From Candidatus Gottesmanbacteria bacterium (GTDB lineage Bacteria; Patescibacteriota; Microgenomatia; UBA10105; UBA927), in the NCBI GenBank assembly GCA_963701185.1, contig OY969569.1, positions 116,392-180,391 of the forward strand: DNA of 64,000 nt, in the 5' to 3' direction. This document shows, piece by piece, positions 50,066 to 59,799 of this stretch; position 1 is the stretch's first letter, and every line of letters starts with the position of its first letter. The position numbers and the translations under genes were made by a program. The notes beneath the pieces were generated by a model that searched no databases, was not told the origin of the DNA, and worked only from the letters and a program-made list of their open reading frames with translations.

Positions 50066-50843
50066 CTTAATTATTCCTGTATATAAACAGCAGCAGACCA
50101 TTAAACGCGACATTGAGGACGTCATCTCCGTGCTTTCAACAGCAAAGATTGATTTTGAGATTATCCCGGTCATCGACGGGCAGCTGGACCGCAGTTTTCA
50201 GGAGGCCGGTAAAGTGAAAGACAAACGGGTCCGTGTGGTGGGGTATCAGACGAATCACGGAAAAGGGTATGCCGTCCGGTACGGATTTTCCCAGGCCACG
50301 GGAGACGTGATCGGATTTAAAGACGCAGGGCGGGATTTGAAGCCCGATGCGCTGCCTCTTATGATAGCGGAATTTGATTTTCAACACGCAGATATTGTTA
50401 TCGGCAGTAAAAGGCACCCTGGTTCGAAAGTGGAGTATCCGTTCATCCGAAAAATTCTGTCATGGGTATATCAAAAATTTACTAAACTGCTGTTCGGCCT
50501 GGAAGTCAGGGATACACAGGTTGGAATGAAACTATACAGACGTAAAGTGTTGGAAGATGTATTGCCGAGATTACTTGTGAAGCAATTCGCATTTGACATA
50601 GAGATACTGGCCGTTGCATATCACCTGGGGTACCGAAAAATTTACGAAGCGCCGGTTGAGATAGACTTTTTTTCTGCAAAATCAAGTATTGTTTGGAGCA
50701 AGCTCATACGGATCGTTCTTAATATGCTTCGGGACACGCTTGCCGTGTATTACCGGCTTTACATACTCCGTTATTACGATGATGCGAGCAAACGGAAGTG
50801 GCGGTTCGATCCGGAGTTGAACTTTAGAATTAACATAGGGTAA
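50052..50843 (+). CDS. GT2 glycosyltransferase
   Basis: FSLIIPVYKQQQTI...IIPVIDGQLDRS...VIGFKDAG. Cytosolic GT2 core. Confidence 0.75.
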   Translation: MRKFSLIIPVYKQQQTIKRDIEDVISVLSTAKIDFEIIPVIDGQLDRSFQEAGKVKDKRVRVVGYQTNHGKGYAVRYGFSQATGDVIGFKDAGRDLKPDALPLMIAEFDFQHADIVIGSKRHPGSKVEYPFIRKILSWVYQKFTKLLFGLEVRDTQVGMKLYRRKVLEDVLPRLLVKQFAFDIEILAVAYHLGYRKIYEAPVEIDFFSAKSSIVWSKLIRIVLNMLRDTLAVYYRLYILRYYDDASKRKWRFDPELNFRINIG

Positions 50844-50849
50844 AGAAAC

Positions 50850-51286
50850 GGACAATAATCATTAATCAATAATCGAAAAACGGTATGGATGATGCTAGGA
50901 TTGGTCCAATAAATGATCTACTTTTTGCAAAGGCAGATGATTTGGCTCAATTTATTTACGAATTAACCTATTCATTTCCAAAGGAAGAATTGTTCGGAAT
51001 TACGTCACAGCTAAGACGCGCAGTTTTATCATTACCGCTAAATATTACTGAAGGATATGCGCGGAGAAGCGATCAGGATTATCGTAGATTTCTTGATATA
51101 GCATATGGGTCGTTAAAAGAAGTAAAATATCTTTTATATTTTTGTAAACAAAGAAAAATAATTTCATCTGACAATTATGAAAAACATATGAAAATAGCAG
51201 ACGAATTAGGAGGACTATTATGGAAGAAAATATCTACGTTGCGAAGTAAAGTAACGAAATAGATTATTGTTTATTGCTTATTGTCC
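50850..51286 (+). mobile_element. Inverted-repeat-bounded mini-cassette carrying a four-helix-bundle (23S rRNA IVS-protein family) gene
   Basis: Left IR 50850-50875 GGACAATAATCATTAATCAATAATCG. Right IR 51261-51286 AGATTATTGTTTATTGCTTATTGTCC, whose reverse complement matches the left IR at 22/26. The enclosed ORF is visibly AT-richer than the flanks. No target-site duplication is evident. Confidence 0.55.
50885..51262 (+). CDS. Four-helix-bundle protein (23S rRNA-intervening-sequence protein family)
   Basis: 125 aa. LTYSFPKEELFGITSQLRRAVLSLPLNITEGYARRS..DYRRFLDIAYGSLKEVKYLL matches the conserved F...E...L.SQLRRA..S...NI.EG..R.....F..IA.GSL.E..Y.L signature of this family. Confidence 0.8.
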   Translation: MDDARIGPINDLLFAKADDLAQFIYELTYSFPKEELFGITSQLRRAVLSLPLNITEGYARRSDQDYRRFLDIAYGSLKEVKYLLYFCKQRKIISSDNYEKHMKIADELGGLLWKKISTLRSKVTK

Positions 51287-51289
51287 ATC

Positions 51290-52405
51290 ATGAGGATATT
51301 AATTTTAAATTGGCGGGACGTCAGTCACCCCAAATCCGGCGGTGCGGAGCATGTGACGATGGAGCATGCAAAAGCGTGGGTGAGGGCGGGACACACCGTC
51401 ACGTGGCTGACCAGTCATTATGGCCGTGCGAAGCATGAAAGCACCGTAGATGGCGTGAATTTTGTCCGCCGTGCGGGGTCGCTGACGATCTACCTGTATG
51501 CACCGCTGTATCTTATGCGAAATGCGCACTCATTTGACGTGATTGTTGATGAAGCACACGGATTTCCGTTTTTTTCCCCGTTATTTACCCGAAAGCCGGT
51601 TGTGATTTTTATTCATGAAATTGCGGGGGAAATATGGGATTACATGTTTTCCTTCCCCAAAAACGTTATCGGAAAGTTGCTGGAGCGCTGGTATTTCCGG
51701 GTATATACGCATTGTTTGTTCTGGACCGATGCGCCGTCAACCGCAGAAGAAATTTCCTATCGGGGAATTCCTGTGAGCCAATGCGTTGCGATTCCCTGCC
51801 CGATTATAAAAAGTTCAAAGTTTAAAGTTCAAAGTTCTACTAAAGAACAACATCCCACATATCTTTTCGTCTCCCGCGTGGTGCGCATGAAAGGCGTGGA
51901 GGAGGTTATAAAAGCGTTTTCATTTATTGCCAGAGAACGGCCCGACAGCACATTGTGGATTGTCGGCGGCGGGGAGCCGGGATATATTGCGGAACTTGAT
52001 GATATGACAAAGGAATACGGTGTGAAAAACCGTGTGATGTTTCTCGGGACGCTTTCCGAAAAAGAGAAATATGAACGTATGAGCCGTGCGCATCTCTTGC
52101 TGCACGCATCGGTGAAAGAAGGATGGGGGCTTGTCGTCCTGGAGGCGGCATCGGTCGGTACGCCGGCAGTCGTGTATAACGTCAGCGGGTTAAATAGCGT
52201 GGTGAAAGACGGGGAGACCGGTATTGTGTGTAAGGAAAACTCTCCGCGGGAAATGGCCCGTGAGGCGATGATGCTATACAACAATAAAACGACATACCGC
52301 AAATATCAGGAGAACGGACGTTCATGGGCAAAAAGTTTTCACTGGTCGGATGCAGTCAAACAAAGTCTTTCATTGCTGAAACGGGCAACTTACCGTACTT
52401 CATAA
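51290..52405 (+). CDS. GT4 glycosyltransferase
   Basis: MRILILNWRDVSHPKSGGAEHV. C-terminal EGWGLVVLEAASVGTPAVVYNVSG. ATG 51290 is 3 nt after the right IR. Confidence 0.85.
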   Translation: MRILILNWRDVSHPKSGGAEHVTMEHAKAWVRAGHTVTWLTSHYGRAKHESTVDGVNFVRRAGSLTIYLYAPLYLMRNAHSFDVIVDEAHGFPFFSPLFTRKPVVIFIHEIAGEIWDYMFSFPKNVIGKLLERWYFRVYTHCLFWTDAPSTAEEISYRGIPVSQCVAIPCPIIKSSKFKVQSSTKEQHPTYLFVSRVVRMKGVEEVIKAFSFIARERPDSTLWIVGGGEPGYIAELDDMTKEYGVKNRVMFLGTLSEKEKYERMSRAHLLLHASVKEGWGLVVLEAASVGTPAVVYNVSGLNSVVKDGETGIVCKENSPREMAREAMMLYNNKTTYRKYQENGRSWAKSFHWSDAVKQSLSLLKRATYRTS

Positions 52406-54330
52406 ATCTTAATGGTGTTATTGATAAACACTAGGTCTAAAATATTGCTGACGTTGTCTAACACAAGATTTTTATTACTGTCCATATAGATGTACTTAAT
52501 TCTATTTTTTATTAATTCTTCCCTTACTTTTGTTCCATCAGTACTGCTAAAAATTATGTTTACAGATAGTGCTTGCGGGACGAAAGGGATTCCGTGTGTG
52601 ATTAGCTCGTTTCCCGTATTGGAAAGAAACATCGGCCTGTCAGTATAAACCCCTACATAAGGCGCTTCAGAGTTAAGACCGGTAGTTGGCTCCACTAATA
52701 CGATTGAATTTTCCGGGGTTTCGTTTTGCACGAAATTAAATGCTTTTAATTCTTCGTTGTTTATTACATAACCGGCGTGATTTTTTATGTTAATAATATT
52801 TGTTACTACGGACTGAACGGATTCCGGAACGGTGAGAATGATAATTAAGAAAGCAAGGAATGCATACAATTTTGAATTTTTAAAATTCAACCAATGTGAG
52901 CAGGCAAGAGCTGTATAAAACAAGGCGATAACAAAGGCGGTATAGATAAAGAAGATGCTGTTAGCTCCGCCGGGATTTTGAAGAAAAAATAATCCTATAA
53001 ACGAACACACAATAATTCCTGAAATGAGAAATATATGTATCTCACGCGGAAATAATCGTAACGACTTTTTTGATTGTATAAATCCGAGCAAAACGGTTCC
53101 AAAAGACAGAAAATAGAACAGGGTAAACATCAGGTCGTACACGAGGACTTTTGGCCAATTATTATGACTTTGGTACACCAGTCGTGCCAGTTCGTACCGG
53201 GATAAATTAAACATCGGCTGGACAACCCAATCCTCGACTCTCCAGAAACCGGAGTAAAAAAGTCCGCCCGCACCCAAATTGACAGGAGCGTAGATAATAA
53301 TACTCACAAGAATTGCAAGGAGAGAAGGAACTACCAGCTGAAAATTTTTCTTGATGCAGAGATATCCTGCAGTTATCAGGAGACCACATAAAGAAGCAAT
53401 AGCAGTATTGACCTTAAAGCCGATGACGCTGCCAAAAATAAAGCCGGCAAGAAGAGCTGTATACATTTTTCTCTCTTTACTCCAGACAACGAATATATTT
53501 AATTCTCCTAAAAAGACCACCAGAGAAAACGCCATAGGATAATTGACAAGAAAATTTGAAGCAGGAGCAATGACAGAGCTATGGAAAGATAGGGTTTTTT
53601 GCAATAGAAGAATTGTCAGGTACACCGAATCGCCCGTAAAATATAAAAAGAAAATGAGCCATAAAGTAAAAGACTGTTTTAGTTTCAATAACCGTCCGAA
53701 CGTTATTCCCAAACAACCATATAATATACTCAGCAATAACGGAACATACTGCATGGTTGTATTAACTAACGGAAGATGAAATACGCGGACTAATTCAGCG
53801 ACCGCAATGTGTCCCCAGTAGTGATAATTTCTGACTGTTACGCCTTGTAATCCGGGTTCTATCGGAGGAAAATTATGAGTAATTTGGTTCACGTACGCTA
53901 TATGTAAGATGTTATCCCTGGTATCGCCGCAGCAGTAATAAATACCGTCCTTAAATTGGGTGCCTGCGAACCATGTAACAGTTAATTGTGCAACTACGCC
54001 TAACGACAAAAGGAAAATCAATGGGATTATTGACCGGGGTATGATAGGGATGCGGAAGATATGTTTTTCCTTTATGAAAAACCAAAGCCATGTGATACCG
54101 GTTAAAAGCACATACACGTACGTCAGCCATCTCGCCTGCAGGTATCCGAATATCATACCCTGCCAGGCAAGCAAAACAATGCCCACGACCAGGCTCAGCG
54201 AAATATTTTCAAATTTGCTAAGCCTAAGTTTTTTTAGTACGAGTGATCCCGGAATATATACGGAGAAAAAAACTGCGATCCAGAAATAGATGAAATTCAA
54301 CCAAAATTGTACGTTAAGAAACGTTTGCAT
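52390..54330 (-). CDS. Large polytopic membrane protein (646 aa) with C-terminal extracytoplasmic domain. Low-GC, unknown family (GT-C or polymerase-like candidate)
   Basis: About 14 TM helices followed by a ~150-aa soluble C-terminal domain. Markedly AT-rich relative to neighbours. The 3' end overlaps the 3' end of the 51290 gene by 16 nt. Confidence 0.45.
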   Translation of the reverse strand: MQTFLNVQFWLNFIYFWIAVFFSVYIPGSLVLKKLRLSKFENISLSLVVGIVLLAWQGMIFGYLQARWLTYVYVLLTGITWLWFFIKEKHIFRIPIIPRSIIPLIFLLSLGVVAQLTVTWFAGTQFKDGIYYCCGDTRDNILHIAYVNQITHNFPPIEPGLQGVTVRNYHYWGHIAVAELVRVFHLPLVNTTMQYVPLLLSILYGCLGITFGRLLKLKQSFTLWLIFFLYFTGDSVYLTILLLQKTLSFHSSVIAPASNFLVNYPMAFSLVVFLGELNIFVVWSKERKMYTALLAGFIFGSVIGFKVNTAIASLCGLLITAGYLCIKKNFQLVVPSLLAILVSIIIYAPVNLGAGGLFYSGFWRVEDWVVQPMFNLSRYELARLVYQSHNNWPKVLVYDLMFTLFYFLSFGTVLLGFIQSKKSLRLFPREIHIFLISGIIVCSFIGLFFLQNPGGANSIFFIYTAFVIALFYTALACSHWLNFKNSKLYAFLAFLIIILTVPESVQSVVTNIINIKNHAGYVINNEELKAFNFVQNETPENSIVLVEPTTGLNSEAPYVGVYTDRPMFLSNTGNELITHGIPFVPQALSVNIIFSSTDGTKVREELIKNRIKYIYMDSNKNLVLDNVSNILDLVFINNTIKIYEVR

Positions 54331-54385
54331 GATGTGATACTATGATTATATACCTTCAATCGATATTTTCTGCTAAAATCCCACT

Positions 54386-55231
54386 ATGAATCAGCCGCAG
54401 CCGAAAGTGACGATTACGATCCCCACGTTTAACAGCGCAAAAACTCTCGGCATGTGTTTGGCGGCCGTTCAAAAACAGGAGTACAAAAACATAGAGGTGT
54501 CTGTTGTCGATAGTTATTCCTCTGACGATACGGTGGCCCTCGCCAAACAATTCGGGGTAAAGAATATCTTTTTTTACAAGGGCGGGCTTTTGGGGTCGCG
54601 CCTCGAAGGGATTAAAAAAGCACAGGGATCATATGTCTTACTTTTGGACAGCGATCAGGTTCTTGCAAAACAAAGTATTGCGCGGTGTGTGGAGGTCTGT
54701 GAGCGGGAGGGAAAAGACATGGCGGCGCTGGAAGAGGATGTGTATGAGTGCACCAACTGGCTGCAGTGGTTGTTTAAAATGGACAGAAAGATTATTAACA
54801 CCGTGAACAATCTGGATCCGGAAACAGGAGTTATTTTACCGAGGTTTTTCAGGAAAACGATTCTTCTGGCGGCGGCGTGTGTGATTCCCCGTTCTATTGT
54901 CAATTCCGTCGGAGGCCCTGACCACGCTATTTTGTACTACGAATCATGGAAATTGTCGCAAAAGGTGGGCGTGATCAAAAACGCAGTCCGCCATATGGAG
55001 ACGCGGTCATTTGTCCGGTTTATACAAAAATGCTACCGCTGGGGATATACGAGCTATACGGCAAAAACAGTCTCAAAATACTCAACGCTTATGCGCCGGA
55101 AAGAGCGGTTCCGGAGGGGGCTATTTACAAAAGGGCTTGTTGTGGCAAGCCTTGCATCACTGACACTTTTGGTATTAAAAGGCATTCCGTATAAGATAGG
55201 GTACACTGTGGCGCGGATGAAAGGAACGTAA
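54386..55231 (+). CDS. GT2 glycosyltransferase
   Basis: VTITIPTFNSAKTL...VSVVDSYSSDDT...LLLDSDQV. Confidence 0.8.
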   Translation: MNQPQPKVTITIPTFNSAKTLGMCLAAVQKQEYKNIEVSVVDSYSSDDTVALAKQFGVKNIFFYKGGLLGSRLEGIKKAQGSYVLLLDSDQVLAKQSIARCVEVCEREGKDMAALEEDVYECTNWLQWLFKMDRKIINTVNNLDPETGVILPRFFRKTILLAAACVIPRSIVNSVGGPDHAILYYESWKLSQKVGVIKNAVRHMETRSFVRFIQKCYRWGYTSYTAKTVSKYSTLMRRKERFRRGLFTKGLVVASLASLTLLVLKGIPYKIGYTVARMKGT

Positions 55232-55232
55232 C

Positions 55233-55925
55233 ATGAATGTATTTTTAAATAAGATGTTCAACAGGGCGCTCTCCCTCAACAGCCGCAATATTTATGCGAT
55301 GCTGGAGAAAAATCCTAAGGCGAAATTATTGGACCTCGGTTGCTTTGAGGGTGAATTGACGGTGAAACTGGGAGAATGCGTCGGGACAAAAAATCTGTAC
55401 GGCATCGATGTGGTGCCGGAGGTTCTTCGGAATGCAAGGAAACGCGGGGTTCAGATAAAAATAGGAAATCTCAATGAAAAGTTTCCATACAGGAGCAACT
55501 ACTTTGATGTCGTCCATGGCAATCAGGTGATCGAACATATGTACGACTCGGATATGTTTCTGTCGGAGCTCTATCGGGTTCTTAAACCCGGCGGCTATGC
55601 CATTATCAGTACGGAAAATGCCAGCAGCTGGATCAATATCGCGGCTGCGATTATGGGATGGCAGATTTTTTCCCTGACCAATATTTCCTCCAAACGATTG
55701 GGGATCGGAAACCCCCTGGCGATGTTCCGCAACCAAAACATTACGTATGCCTCTTTCGGACATATGCGGGTTTATAATTTTTGGGGTCTTAAGGAATACT
55801 GTGAAGTCATGGGATTTACGGTAGAAGATATCAAAGGCGCGGGATATTTTCCGCTGCCGGCACAACTGGGGAATATCGAAAAAATTCATGCACATTTTAT
55901 GACGTTTAAAATACGCAAAACATGA
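55233..55925 (+). CDS. Class I SAM-dependent methyltransferase
   Basis: LDLGCFEGELT (motif I), VVHGNQVIEHM..D, VLKPGGYAIIS (post-motif II/III). Confidence 0.8.
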   Translation: MNVFLNKMFNRALSLNSRNIYAMLEKNPKAKLLDLGCFEGELTVKLGECVGTKNLYGIDVVPEVLRNARKRGVQIKIGNLNEKFPYRSNYFDVVHGNQVIEHMYDSDMFLSELYRVLKPGGYAIISTENASSWINIAAAIMGWQIFSLTNISSKRLGIGNPLAMFRNQNITYASFGHMRVYNFWGLKEYCEVMGFTVEDIKGAGYFPLPAQLGNIEKIHAHFMTFKIRKT

Positions 55926-56956
55926 AAAATAACCCGCTCGTTTCAATTATTATCGTCAATTGGAACGGAAAACAGTGGCTTCCTGATTGTTTTAACAGTT
56001 TAGCACGTCAGGATTGGAAAAATTATGAAATCATTTTTGTTGATAATGCCTCACCTGATGGATCGGTGGATTGGGTGAGGGGTCATTACCCGAAAGCAAA
56101 AATCCTCATAAATGAAAAAAACTTAGGATTTGCTGACGCGAATAATGTCGGGTTCCGAAAAGCGAAAGGAAAATATGTGTTATTCCTCAATAATGATATT
56201 AGGGTGACCAAAACATTTTTATCAATATTGGTTGATTTTTTAGAACATCATAAAGATGTGGCAGGCGTACAAAGCAAATTATTGCTGATGGATGCACCTG
56301 ATAGACTTGACGCCATTGGCGCATTTTTTACGAATACCGGATTTCTTTATCATTACGGCTTTCATGCGAAAGATTCGGAAAAATTAGACAAAATAATTGA
56401 TATCTATACGACAAAAGGGGCATGCATGATGTTTAGAAAGTCAGCACTGGATAAGATTTCGATTAACGGGGATATTTTTGACCCCTCGTACTTTGCCTAT
56501 TTTGAAGAAACAGATATGTGTCACAGGGTGTGGCTGAATGGATATCGGATACAGTATGTGCCTCAATCGGTGATTTATCATAAAGCAGGCGGCACATCGA
56601 CTACTATGAATAATTCATTTATTCAATACCATTCGTTTAAAAACAGGATACAATCGTACGTAACCAATTTAAGCACAGGAACGTTATTAGTTCTTATGCC
56701 CGTTCATTTAGCATTGACTGGAGGATTTGCGTTAGCGGCGTTTCTCCGCGGTAAATGGCGGCTCGGTTTGTCGGTGATCAGCGCTGTAGGCTGGAATATA
56801 GTTCATATGAGCGCAACCATGGCGAAACGGTCGTACGTTCAAATCCGTATCCGTAAATTATCAGATAAAGAATTACTACCAAGAATTACACGAAATCAGG
56901 GAATCCAGTATTATCGCAAACTTCTTAAAGGTTTATCATTATACCAGCATGAATAA
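55922..56956 (+). CDS. GT2 glycosyltransferase
   Basis: VSIIIVNWNGKQWL...IIFVDNASPDGS...LFLNNDI. ATGA overlap. Confidence 0.85.
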   Translation: MKNNPLVSIIIVNWNGKQWLPDCFNSLARQDWKNYEIIFVDNASPDGSVDWVRGHYPKAKILINEKNLGFADANNVGFRKAKGKYVLFLNNDIRVTKTFLSILVDFLEHHKDVAGVQSKLLLMDAPDRLDAIGAFFTNTGFLYHYGFHAKDSEKLDKIIDIYTTKGACMMFRKSALDKISINGDIFDPSYFAYFEETDMCHRVWLNGYRIQYVPQSVIYHKAGGTSTTMNNSFIQYHSFKNRIQSYVTNLSTGTLLVLMPVHLALTGGFALAAFLRGKWRLGLSVISAVGWNIVHMSATMAKRSYVQIRIRKLSDKELLPRITRNQGIQYYRKLLKGLSLYQHE

Positions 56957-58631
56957 TGCGTTGACCAAAAAGATTTTTCAGTATGGCATAGTGTGTGCGG
57001 TTTACTCGTTTTTTCTTTGGGTAGCCTACCGGTATCTCCCCCAAACCTATTATTTTCATGACGAATGGAGACAATTGGCTCATGTGATGATCTACGGAGT
57101 CGGCTATGAGATACAGGGCAATTCAATTATCGCATTGATGCTGGGAAAAGGTAGGGTGCTCGGAACGTTTATTAATAATCTCTTTTTTTACTATTTTCCG
57201 TTTGACGTGTTGCCGTTTATTTTGTTTTCTGTAATCGGCCACCTCCTTAATTCCGTATTGGTTTTTCGAATAACCCGCCGCATTATCAGGCAATTTTGGC
57301 CTGCCTTTTTTGCGGGACTGTTTTTTGCAGTTTCATTCCGTCACGAGCAGGCGTTATCCTGGATTGGCGCAAACGTACAGATGATTGGTTCGCTCTTTTT
57401 TCTCCTTATGAGCATCGATTTTCTCCTTAGGTACATCCAAAAGAGGGTTAAAAGAAACATCGTATTTTCAGCTATATTTTTTTATATCTCGTATCTTTTT
57501 AAGGAAAATGTGCTTTTTTTCCCAATTGTTATCGTTATTCTCATGGCAACGAGACAAATTTTGATAAGGAAAGTAAGCAAGGCATTTCTTGTCGCTACTC
57601 TCGTTTCGTTTGTTTTAGGAATCCCTATTGCATTTCGCCTGTTTGGAAGTTACACAACAAACACCCTGGGATTTTCCGGATCTGCGATAGTTCTTAAACA
57701 GGCAGTAAATAGTCTGTTTTATCCTATTGTTACGCTCGGGCAATATATTCTTCCATTCCGGTTTATCTACCGTGCCGCCGCGTGGGTGCTTATGATGTGG
57801 TATCCATTTATGGATACGGGCGGAAACATAGAATCTCTCCTGCATTTTCCGCTATCGGACATGGTGTCGCTCTGTATGTCGTCTATTCTTCTTTTAGCAA
57901 TCTTCATTACGTTCATTCGTTACAAGAAAATGCGGTTTTGGATCTATGCAGGGTTTTTGTATTACGTACTAAGTTTCCTTCCGATAGCCTTCCATCTTAT
58001 CCATCGGTATGATACGCAGATCGAATCAAGATTCGTTTACACAACGACCCCCGCCGTCGCATTTTTGTTGGCTTGCGGTCTGTCTTATGTTCTGGGTTTA
58101 CTCCGTAAAATAAAACACATCATATCTGTTGTCATTCAATTACTGATTATCGTCAGCCTTCTATTTATAAATTATAAAATTGCATCAGTAACCCGTCGGG
58201 AAGTAGGCGTATCTGCATATGAAGGAAAAGCGATGACGGGATTTATGACGGCACTAAAAAAGGAAAACCCCACGCTTCCTCCAAAAGCCATTTTATATTT
58301 TGAAAGTGACCGAACGTATTTTTACGATAATAATATCCTGCCGTTTAAGCTTGGCAGCGGGTACATTTTGAGTATTCTCTATTATCATGATGGTCCCATT
58401 CCGGCGGCATCATTATTAAAAGAGCAGCTTCTTGATTTTGGATCACAAGGGATCGTGGAAGGCGATGAAAAAATGTTTGGGTATTACCAAAATAAGGAAA
58501 GTTTAAAAAATGATTTTGTAGAAAAACATTTGTTTTCAACGGACAAGATCAAAGCATTCCGGTTTATCAGTACTAATAACTCAGTAATTGATATAACAGA
58601 CCAAATTCGGAAGTATCTACTAACGCCATGA
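56949..58631 (+). CDS. Polytopic membrane protein (560 aa), unknown family. GT-C-like candidate
   Basis: About 11 TM helices with a soluble C-terminal region. AT-rich. No recognisable catalytic motif beyond an early YYFHDEW loop. Confidence 0.4.
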   Translation: MNNALTKKIFQYGIVCAVYSFFLWVAYRYLPQTYYFHDEWRQLAHVMIYGVGYEIQGNSIIALMLGKGRVLGTFINNLFFYYFPFDVLPFILFSVIGHLLNSVLVFRITRRIIRQFWPAFFAGLFFAVSFRHEQALSWIGANVQMIGSLFFLLMSIDFLLRYIQKRVKRNIVFSAIFFYISYLFKENVLFFPIVIVILMATRQILIRKVSKAFLVATLVSFVLGIPIAFRLFGSYTTNTLGFSGSAIVLKQAVNSLFYPIVTLGQYILPFRFIYRAAAWVLMMWYPFMDTGGNIESLLHFPLSDMVSLCMSSILLLAIFITFIRYKKMRFWIYAGFLYYVLSFLPIAFHLIHRYDTQIESRFVYTTTPAVAFLLACGLSYVLGLLRKIKHIISVVIQLLIIVSLLFINYKIASVTRREVGVSAYEGKAMTGFMTALKKENPTLPPKAILYFESDRTYFYDNNILPFKLGSGYILSILYYHDGPIPAASLLKEQLLDFGSQGIVEGDEKMFGYYQNKESLKNDFVEKHLFSTDKIKAFRFISTNNSVIDITDQIRKYLLTP

Positions 58632-59788
58632 GACTGGAAAAAGATTTTAGTGAAAAAACCGCTGTTATCGTTTGTCACGACGTGATGTTCGGGCCGCCGC
58701 ACGAACTCCGTGATTATTTGCTCCGCCATCAGATAACGGACTTGGTTTTTATCGGACATAGAAATAGAGCGCTGCCGGAAAATGAGATTCACCGGTCTTA
58801 CTGTGCAATATACCGGAAAGGCGCAAAAATACGGATCGCATATGCTCGGGATATTTCGCGTTTCCCTGAATTTGTTGCCTACGCTATCGACTGTTTGTGG
58901 ACATTCTATTGGGTGTTGAAGTTTGCCCGCCGTGCCGATTATTATTTCGGTCTTGGCAATATGAATGCCTGTGTCGGGCTAGTCTTGAAGCTCATCGGAA
59001 AAGTAAAAAAGGTTATTTATTATGTTATTGATTATATTCCGGACCGGTTTTCCAGTCCTTTGATCAACAGGTTGTATATGAAACTTGATTATTGGGCCGC
59101 GATATATGCAGGTGCGACATGGAATTACGCGCCGAAGATGATAGCATTGCGTGAAAAAATGTGGGGGAAAACATTTTTGCGTCAGCATGTTGTTCCAAAC
59201 GGGATACGGATACGCGCTTCAGGTTCGGCAACAAAGGACATGAGACATATTGATTTGATGTATTTAGGAACGATTCACCGTCAGCAGGGAATTCAACTCG
59301 CTATAGAGTCTCTTCCCTTGATTAAGAGAAAAATTCCGCACGTACGACTTCTTATCATAGGTAAGGGTCCGTATAAAGAAGATTTAGGTGTTTTGATTCG
59401 GGAAAGGAAACTCGGGAATCAGGTTCGATTTTTAGGCTACATAGAAGATCCGGAAAAAGCGGACGAAAAACTGGTACAAGGGCACATAGGTGTTGCAACA
59501 TATACACCCGATAACACGATGGTCCGCAATACGGAACCCGGAAAAATTAAGAGGTATTTTGCGTGCGGTCTGCCGGTGATTATGACAGACACAGGGCCAA
59601 TTTCACAACTCTCAGAAAGGACAGGGTGCGGCATTTCAATCCCATACAGCTCCATCATTTTTGCCCGTGAGGTTATTCGATTGATATCTGATAGACAGCG
59701 TTATGAGGAGATGCGTAAGAAGGCAATTTCGTTTGTAAAAAAGTACGATTGGGAACAAATATTTAACCGGAGTTTTCAATCGCTTTGA
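58628..59788 (+). CDS. GT4-family glycosyltransferase (divergent)
   Basis: C-terminal half HVRLLIIGKGPYKEDL...EPGKIKRYFACGLPVIMTD matches the GT4 C-domain. N-terminal domain is atypical. Confidence 0.65.
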   Translation: MRLEKDFSEKTAVIVCHDVMFGPPHELRDYLLRHQITDLVFIGHRNRALPENEIHRSYCAIYRKGAKIRIAYARDISRFPEFVAYAIDCLWTFYWVLKFARRADYYFGLGNMNACVGLVLKLIGKVKKVIYYVIDYIPDRFSSPLINRLYMKLDYWAAIYAGATWNYAPKMIALREKMWGKTFLRQHVVPNGIRIRASGSATKDMRHIDLMYLGTIHRQQGIQLAIESLPLIKRKIPHVRLLIIGKGPYKEDLGVLIRERKLGNQVRFLGYIEDPEKADEKLVQGHIGVATYTPDNTMVRNTEPGKIKRYFACGLPVIMTDTGPISQLSERTGCGISIPYSSIIFAREVIRLISDRQRYEEMRKKAISFVKKYDWEQIFNRSFQSL

Positions 59789-59799
59789 AATAGCTTATA

